Assembly (NCBI GenBank): GCA_011525755.1
Contig: WYBS01000193.1
Location: 20,962 to 84,961 of the forward strand
Length of the DNA stretch: 64,000 nt
Origin: Planctomycetaceae bacterium
Lineage (GTDB): Bacteria > Planctomycetota > PLA2
Direction of reading: 5' to 3'
Each line of letters begins with the position of its first letter. Position 1 is the first letter of the stretch. Shown here piece after piece: positions 55,525 to 64,000 of this stretch. A program made the position numbers and the translations under genes. The notes under the pieces are model-generated. The model worked only from the letters and a program-made list of their open reading frames with translations. It had not been told where the DNA came from and searched no databases.

Positions 55525-57276
55525 CTAAAGCATGATCATGGTCTCGCGGATGACCTCCTCGACCGACGTCGTGCCGTCGAAGATCGCGAGAAGCCCGCTC
55601 TCGCGCAGCGTGCGCATCCCCTCCCGCCTCGCCAGGTCCCGGATGTGCGACGTCGGCGCCTTGTCCATGATCATCTCCCGGACGGCGTCCGAGACGACCA
55701 TGATCTCGAAGATCGCCATGCGGCCCTTGTAGCCCGTGCCGTTGCAGGCCGCGCAGCCCTTGCCGTAGGCGAACTTCTTGCCCGCCACCTGCTCCGGGGC
55801 GATGTCCAGCTCCCGGAGGATCTCGATCGACGGCTCGTACCAGGTCTTGCAGCCCGTGCAGATCCGGCGCACGAGGCGCTGGCCCACGACCCCCTCGAGC
55901 GTCGCCGCGATCAGGAAGGGCTCGACGCCGATGTCCACGAGGCGGGTGATCGCCAGCGGGGCGTCGTTCGTGTGCAGCGTCGAGAAGACGACGTGGCCCG
56001 TGAGCGACGCCTCGATCGAGATCTGGGCCGTCTCCCTGTCGCGGATCTCGCCCACGAGGATCATGTCCGGGTCCTGGCGCAGGATCGACCGCAGGCAGGC
56101 GGCGTACGTGACGCCGATCTCCTCGTTGATCTGCACCTGGACGATCCCCTCGAGGTCGTACTCCACCGGATCCTCGGTGGTGATGATCTTCATGGACACG
56201 TCGTTCGCCTGGTTGAGCGCGCTGTAGAGGGTGGTCGTCTTCCCGGAGCCGGTCGGGCCGGTCACGAGGATGATCCCGTGCGGGAGATCGATCATCTGCT
56301 TGATCTTCCCGACCTCGTCCTCCCGGAGCCCGATCTGGGTCAGGTCGAGGCTCACGACCGAGCGGTCGAGCACGCGCATGACGCAGGACTCGCCGAACAT
56401 GGTCGGGAGCGTCGAGATGCGCAGGTCCACCGGCCGCCCGCCGATCGCGAGGTCGATGCGGCCGTCCTGCGGGACGCGCGTCTCGGAGATGTCGAGGCCG
56501 CTCATGACCTTCACGCGGCTGATGAGCGCGCCCGAGAGGTGGAGCGGCGGCGCCTCGAGCTCGTAGAGGACGCCGTCCACGCGGTAGCGGATCTTGAACT
56601 CGTCCTCGAACGGCTCGAGGTGGATGTCGGACGCCCGGTCGCGGATCGCCTGGTAGAGGATGTAGTTGAGGAGCTTCTTCACCGGCGCCGCGTTCGCCAT
56701 CTCCTCGACGTCCTCGAGGTCGGTGACCGCGGACCCCGTCGCGCCGCTGCGCCGCGCCTGCTTCCCCTTCGCCGGGACGAGGCCGCCCTCCTCGATCTCC
56801 TTCAGGATCGAGGCCATCACGTTCTGCTCCTTGCCGTAGGCCTTCTCGATCGCGGCAGCGACCTGCGACGGCTCGGCGACGACCCCCTTGACCTCGCAGT
56901 TCGCGGTGAACCGGATGTCGTCGAGCGCCCCCTTGTTCATCGCGTCGGCCATGGCGACGACGAGCGTCGTGCCGTCGAACGAGACGGGCACGATCTGGAA
57001 GGGACGCGCGTAGGTCTCGTCGACCCTCGACACGGCCTCCTTGCTCGGCTCGAAGCTCCTGAGGTCGATCACGTCGAGGCCGGCCTGCTTGCCGAGCGCG
57101 ACCATGAGCTGGTCCTCGGTGATCGCGCCCATCCGGACGAGCGCCTGCCCGATCCGGCCGCCCTCCTTCTTCTGGAGCCCGAGCGCCTCCTGGATCTGCC
57201 CCTCGTGGACGAGGCGCATCTCCTTCAGGACCTGCCCGATGAGCTTCTTCCGGACGCCGAAGCGATCGACCGCCAT
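55525..57276 (-). CDS. pilB: Type IV pilus assembly ATPase PilB (GspE family with N-terminal GSPII_E_N domain)
   Basis: Start MAVDRFGVRKK at 57276 (overlapping the pilT stop). Walker A GPTGSGKTT, Asp box, Walker B ILVGEIRD, His box, and a C-terminal tetracysteine motif CTGC...CAAC. Confidence 0.9.
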   Translation of the reverse strand: MAVDRFGVRKKLIGQVLKEMRLVHEGQIQEALGLQKKEGGRIGQALVRMGAITEDQLMVALGKQAGLDVIDLRSFEPSKEAVSRVDETYARPFQIVPVSFDGTTLVVAMADAMNKGALDDIRFTANCEVKGVVAEPSQVAAAIEKAYGKEQNVMASILKEIEEGGLVPAKGKQARRSGATGSAVTDLEDVEEMANAAPVKKLLNYILYQAIRDRASDIHLEPFEDEFKIRYRVDGVLYELEAPPLHLSGALISRVKVMSGLDISETRVPQDGRIDLAIGGRPVDLRISTLPTMFGESCVMRVLDRSVVSLDLTQIGLREDEVGKIKQMIDLPHGIILVTGPTGSGKTTTLYSALNQANDVSMKIITTEDPVEYDLEGIVQVQINEEIGVTYAACLRSILRQDPDMILVGEIRDRETAQISIEASLTGHVVFSTLHTNDAPLAITRLVDIGVEPFLIAATLEGVVGQRLVRRICTGCKTWYEPSIEILRELDIAPEQVAGKKFAYGKGCAACNGTGYKGRMAIFEIMVVSDAVREMIMDKAPTSHIRDLARREGMRTLRESGLLAIFDGTTSVEEVIRETMIML

Positions 57277-58331
57277 CAGGCCCCCTCCGCGAGCTTGTCG
57301 AGGAGCGCGCGCGGCTGCTGCGCCCACTCCATCGCGGTCTCCTTCGTGATCCTATTGGCCTTGATCAGCTCGAGCAGGTGGTCGTCGAGCAGGTGCATGC
57401 CGAGCCCCTTGCTCGTCTGGATCGTGGACGGGATCTTGAACGTCTCCGCCTTGCGGATGTGGTTCTCGATCGCCGGGGTCACGATCATCACCTCGAACCC
57501 CGCGATCACGCCCGGCTTGTCCGCGCGCGGCATCAGCACCTGCGAGACGACGGCGAGGATCGAGACCGAGAGCTGGACGCGGACCTGCTCCTGCTGGTCG
57601 TGCGGGAACTGGTCGATGATGCGGTCCATCGTGCGCGCGGACCCGGTCGTGTGCAGGGTGCCGAAGACGAGGTGGCCGGTCTCTGCGGCGGTGATCGCCG
57701 TCGAGATCGTCTCCTTGTCTCGCATCTCGCCGAGCAGGATCACGTCCGGGTCCTGGCGCAGGCCGCGCCGCAGGCCCTCGGCGAACGAGGTGACGTCCAC
57801 CCCCACCTCGCGCTGGTTCACGATCGACTTCTTGTGCTCGTGGTAGTACTCGATCGGGTCCTCGATCGTGATGATGTGGCAGTCGAGGTTCGTGTTGACC
57901 GCGTCGATCATCGTCGCGAGCGTGGTCGTCTTGCCGGACCCCGTCGGGCCGGTCACGAGGATGAGGCCGCGCGGACGCGCGCAGAGGTCGCGCACCGGCT
58001 GCGGGAGGCCGATCTCGTCGAAGGAGAGCAGGCGGCTCGGGATCAGGCGCGCGACCATCGCGGCCTGCCCGCGCTGGCGGAAGATCGCGACGCGGAAGCG
58101 CGCGCGGTCGCCGTGGGCGAAGCCGAAGTCGGCGCTGCCCGTCTCCCGGAACTCCGTCAGCATGCGCTCCGGCGAGATCGACTCGACGAGCGTCATCGTG
58201 TCCGCGGACGTGAGCGGCGGGTGCCGCACGTTCTTCAGGCGTCCGTGAACCCGCAGCACCGGCGGTCGGCCGACCGTGATGTGGACGTCGGATGCCCCCG
58301 ACTCCACCATCAGGTCGAACAGCTGCGGCAT
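57276..58331 (-). CDS. pilT: Twitching motility ATPase PilT
   Basis: Start MPQLFDLMVESGASDVHI. Walker A GPTGSGKTTT, the PilT-specific AIRNLIRE-like motif AIENHIRKAE, and a ~350-aa size without an N-terminal GSPII_E_N domain. Confidence 0.9.
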   Translation of the reverse strand: MPQLFDLMVESGASDVHITVGRPPVLRVHGRLKNVRHPPLTSADTMTLVESISPERMLTEFRETGSADFGFAHGDRARFRVAIFRQRGQAAMVARLIPSRLLSFDEIGLPQPVRDLCARPRGLILVTGPTGSGKTTTLATMIDAVNTNLDCHIITIEDPIEYYHEHKKSIVNQREVGVDVTSFAEGLRRGLRQDPDVILLGEMRDKETISTAITAAETGHLVFGTLHTTGSARTMDRIIDQFPHDQQEQVRVQLSVSILAVVSQVLMPRADKPGVIAGFEVMIVTPAIENHIRKAETFKIPSTIQTSKGLGMHLLDDHLLELIKANRITKETAMEWAQQPRALLDKLAEGA

Positions 58332-58410
58332 CGTCAGGAACAACGCGGCCTCCTTCCCCGGAGCCCCATCCCGTCGTCGCGCCCGTCGCGGCGCCCTTGC
58401 CGGGCCGCGC

Positions 58411-60078
58411 TCATACGTCGAGGGCCGCCCCGACGACCCGGAGGACCTCGTCCACGGACGCGATGCCGGCGAGGATCTTGCGCACGCCGTCCTCGCGGAG
58501 CGTGAGCATCCCGCACGACGCGCGCGCCTGGTTGCGCAGGTCGAGCGTGGACGCGCCCTTGAAGGTCAGGTCGCGCATCCGGCTGTCCATCTCGAACATC
58601 TCGAAGACGCCCTTCCGTCCGCGGTACCCCTCGTGCCGGCACTCGGGGCACCCGACCGCCTTGTAGATCGTCCGCCCCGCCACCTGCTCCGGCTTGATCC
58701 CGAGCGCGCGGAGCTTCGCCGGTTCGACCTCCCACGGCGCCTTGCAGTTCGGGCAGAGGAGCCGCATGAGGCGCTGCGCCATGACCGCGAGGACCGCGGT
58801 CGAGACGAGGAAGGGCTTCACGCCGAGGTCGATGAGGCGCGTGATCGCGGACGGCGCGTCGTTCGTGTGGAGCGTCGAGAACACGAGGTGGCCCGTCAGC
58901 GCGGCCTGGATCGCGATCTCCGCCGTCTCGAGGTCGCGGATCTCGCCGACGAGGATGATGTTCGGCGCCTGGCGCAGCATCGCGCGGAGGATCCTCGCGA
59001 AGTCGAGCCCGATCTGGTGCTTCACCTCGCACTGGTTGATGCCCTTCAGGTGGTACTCGATCGGGTTCTCCGCCGTGATGATCTTCACGTTCGGCTTGTT
59101 GAGCTCCTGGAGCGCGGCGTAGAGCGTCGTCGTCTTCCCGGAGCCGGTGGGCCCGGTGACGAGGAAGATGCCGTTCGGCTTCTTGATGATGCGCTTGAAT
59201 CGCTCGTGGTCGTCGGAGTGGAACCCGAGCTTCTCCAGGCTGACGAGCGCCACCTCCTTGTCGAGGATGCGCATCACGATCGACTCGCCGTGGGTCGCGG
59301 GGAGCGCGGATACTCGCAGGTCGATCGACCGGCCCATGAGGTCGATCTGGATGCGGCCGTCCTGCGGCTTCCGCTTCTCCGCGATGTCCATCTTCGCCAT
59401 GATCTTCAGGCGCGAGAGGACCGAGCCCTGGATGTCCTTCGGGAGCGACTTCGCCTCGAAGCAGAGCCCGTCCACGCGGTACCGGACGCGGATCCGCTCG
59501 GCCATCGGCTCGACGTGCACGTCGGACGCCCGCGCCCGGAGCGCCTCCTCGAGCATCGTGTGGACCAGCTTGATGATGGGCGCGTCGTCGCCGCCCGCCG
59601 CCGCCGCCTCCGCGACGGCGGCCGGACCCTTCCTCTCGATCCGGTGGCCGACCCCGTAGTACTCGGCCATGGCGTTGTTGAGCCCGGTAGGCGTCGTGAG
59701 CGCGAACTTCACCTCGGCGTTGAGCACGAACTGGAGGCCGTCCGCCTGGTAGACCTGCGCCGGGTCGGCGATCGCGCAGATGACCTGCCGCCCCTGCTTC
59801 TTGACCGGCACCATCCGGTACTCGGCGACCGTCTTCGTGTCGACGAGGTCGATGACGTCGGCCGGCAGCTTCGCCTTCTCGAGATCGACGAAGGGCAGCT
59901 TGTTCTGGCGGCAGAGGGCGCGGGCGATCTGCTCCTCCGTCGCCATCTTGAGGTCGACGAGCGCCTCGCCCAGCCGCCCGCCGGTCCGGCGGGCGTGGGT
60001 CAGCGCCTCCTCGATCTTCTCGGGGGTGACGAGACCCATCTGGAGGAGGATCTCCCCGAGGCGTTTTCGCGGCTCCAC
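58411..60078 (-). CDS. Second GspE/PilB-family secretion ATPase (MshE/PilB paralogue)
   Basis: 555 aa. N-terminal GSPII_E_N-like domain (MEPRKRLGEILLQMGLVTPEKIEEAL); Walker A GPTGSGKTT; ILVGEIRD; tetracysteine CPNC...CPEC. Confidence 0.85.
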   Translation of the reverse strand: MEPRKRLGEILLQMGLVTPEKIEEALTHARRTGGRLGEALVDLKMATEEQIARALCRQNKLPFVDLEKAKLPADVIDLVDTKTVAEYRMVPVKKQGRQVICAIADPAQVYQADGLQFVLNAEVKFALTTPTGLNNAMAEYYGVGHRIERKGPAAVAEAAAAGGDDAPIIKLVHTMLEEALRARASDVHVEPMAERIRVRYRVDGLCFEAKSLPKDIQGSVLSRLKIMAKMDIAEKRKPQDGRIQIDLMGRSIDLRVSALPATHGESIVMRILDKEVALVSLEKLGFHSDDHERFKRIIKKPNGIFLVTGPTGSGKTTTLYAALQELNKPNVKIITAENPIEYHLKGINQCEVKHQIGLDFARILRAMLRQAPNIILVGEIRDLETAEIAIQAALTGHLVFSTLHTNDAPSAITRLIDLGVKPFLVSTAVLAVMAQRLMRLLCPNCKAPWEVEPAKLRALGIKPEQVAGRTIYKAVGCPECRHEGYRGRKGVFEMFEMDSRMRDLTFKGASTLDLRNQARASCGMLTLREDGVRKILAGIASVDEVLRVVGAALDV

Positions 60079-60162
60079 TCGATGCTCCTGCCGGGGCCTA
60101 GTATTCGCGCAAGGCGGCCGAAGTCAATCGGCCCTCTCGGACCGTACGTGCCCTTCCGTAGA

Positions 60163-60752
60163 ATGCGCCCCGTGAGAAGGACCCCGTGGCTCGTGGCCGC
60201 GCTGCTCGGAGCCTGCGCCCTGCCGCCTCGCGCGGAGGACGCATCGACGCCGGAGCGCGCGTTCGAGACGTTCCGCGGGGCGCTCGCGCGGGAGGAGTTC
60301 GACCGCGCCTACGGCCTCCTCTCGGACGGGCTCCGGAGAAAAATCGGGGTGGAGAGCCGCGCCGAGTTCATGGACTGGGGGGCGGTCGGCGGCAGGAAGG
60401 CCGTGGGCGCGATCCGGCGCGCCAAGTCCAAGGGCCCCGCGGAGCCGCTTGCCGACGGGCGCGCGCTGCTCCGCGTGCGGGTCTCCTGGCTCTTCTTCGG
60501 CCGGGAAGTCCGCCTCCTGTTCACGAGGATCCCGGTCGCCCGGGCCTACGTCGAAGGGAGCGAGGGGGCGGTCTTCTACGAGCACCTCGAGGACCTGGAG
60601 CTCGTCCAGAAGGACGGGCTCTCGGGGGTCCGGCTGCCGCCGGAGGCCCAGGAGAGCCTGAAGGAGGGGGTCCGAGGGGGCAGGCTCTCCGGGTTCGAGG
60701 CGCGGAACGAGTGGTTCCTGGACGATTACGACATGGGAGACGAGGAGCGCGA

Positions 60753-60756
<4 letters not shown>
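60163..60756 (+). CDS. Hypothetical secreted/lipoprotein
   Basis: MRPVRRTPWLVAALLGACALPP (signal peptide with Cys). 197 aa. The stop overlaps the ppdK ATG (ATGA). Confidence 0.5.
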
Positions 60757-63377
<2,621 letters not shown>

Positions 63378-63468
63378 GGACGGGGGCAGGGCGCCCCCGG
63401 GCCCCCTGCTATCATCTGCCGGCGATGATCCCGCGAACCTTCCCCGCCGTCCGCCGTTGGAAAGGCGC

Positions 63469-64000
63469 ATGGCGGTGAGCGGGACGTCCGACGCGCGGGG
63501 CGGCGCGGCACGGCTCGAGAGGGAGATCGGCTCGGTCTTCCTGGGGAAGCCGAAGGTCATCCGGCTCGCGCTGACGGCCTTCTTCGCGCAGGGGCACCTC
63601 CTCCTCGAGGACGTGCCGGGGGTCGGGAAGACGCTCCTTGCCCGCGCGCTCGCGCGCTCGATCGACGCGACGTTCAAGCGGATCCAGTTCACGCCGGACC
63701 TCCTCCCCTCGGACCTCCTCGGGACGTCGGTCTTCAACCAGCGGACCGGGGAGTTCGAGTTCCGGCCGGGCCCGGTGTTCGCGCACGTGGTGCTCGCGGA
63801 CGAGATCAACCGGACGACGCCGCGCACGCAGTCGGCGCTGCTCGAGGCGATGAACTCGGCGAGCGTCTCGCTCGACGGCGTGACCCACCAGCTGCCGACG
63901 CCCTTCGTCGTGCTCGCGACGCAGAACCCGTTCGAGTTCGAGGGCACCTACCCGCTGCCGGAGTCGCAGATCGACCGCTTCCTCATGCGGATCGACGTGG
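63469..64000 (+). CDS. MoxR-family AAA+ ATPase, C-terminally truncated by the window edge
   Basis: [12 protein letters not shown]...[20 protein letters not shown] (Walker A); Walker [22 protein letters not shown]; [24 protein letters not shown]. The frame is still open at the window end. Confidence 0.85.
   Translation, partial: MAVSGTSDARGGAARLEREIGSVFLGKPKVIRLALTAFFAQGHLLLEDVPGVGKTLLARALARSIDATFKRIQFTPDLLPSDLLGTSVFNQRTGEFEFRPGPVFAHVVLADEINRTTPRTQSALLEAMNSASVSLDGVTHQLPTPFVVLATQNPFEFEGTYPLPESQIDRFLMRIDV

Overview
This is a GC-rich bacterial chromosomal segment with G/C-dominated third codon positions, which produces many long antisense 'shadow' ORFs in the six-frame track; I treat those as artefacts.

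Recognisable genes, in order:
- 1-12037 (minus strand): the conserved tRNA-Gly / tRNA-Thr / tuf / tRNA-Trp / secE / nusG / rplK / rplA / rplJ / rplL / rpoB / rpoC block, with rpoC truncated by the window edge.
- 12196-14275: a secreted HEAT-cyclophilin fusion, a SAM-dependent methyltransferase and a tRNA-Thr(UGU).
- 14448-25317 (plus strand): a ten-gene, translationally coupled lipid-metabolism operon. It encodes a HAD-like/fatty-acyl-CoA-reductase fusion, a second stand-alone reductase, a pyruvyl-transferase-family enzyme, two AMP-dependent acyl ligases, an enoyl-CoA hydratase, a small membrane peptide, an ACP, a DAG-kinase-like lipid kinase and a PlsC acyltransferase.
- 25389-33453: a secreted hypothetical protein, aroC, and a prkA-yeaH-spoVR operon in which spoVR carries an in-frame LAGLIDADG-type intein.
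- 33767-38226: a vWA/HEAT/glutamine-amidotransferase operon, and a divergent GHMP kinase whose start codon overlaps that operon's first gene.
- 38281-44911 (minus strand): pgpA, smc, a protein with a tandem ATP-cone N-terminal region and an unrecognised C-terminal domain (coupled to nrdR), and nrdR.
- 45100-52519: a metallophosphoesterase, yidC, radC, a TPR/HExxH protein, an OmpA lipoprotein, an HTH membrane protein and a small membrane protein.
- 52703-60078 (minus strand): a type IV pilus cluster with a sensor kinase, pilC, pilB, pilT and a second GspE-family ATPase.
- 60163-64000: a lipoprotein, ppdK and a partial MoxR ATPase.

The most interesting items are the SpoVR intein, the disaggregated lipid operon resembling ether-lipid (ElbD-like) chemistry with its dedicated ACP, a 28-bp direct repeat in front of the small-peptide and ACP genes, and the nrdR-coupled tandem ATP-cone protein of unknown function.

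No CRISPR array, rRNA or transposon is visible. All coordinates come from reading the sequence and from arithmetic on the ORF track; start codons carry ±a few codons of uncertainty.
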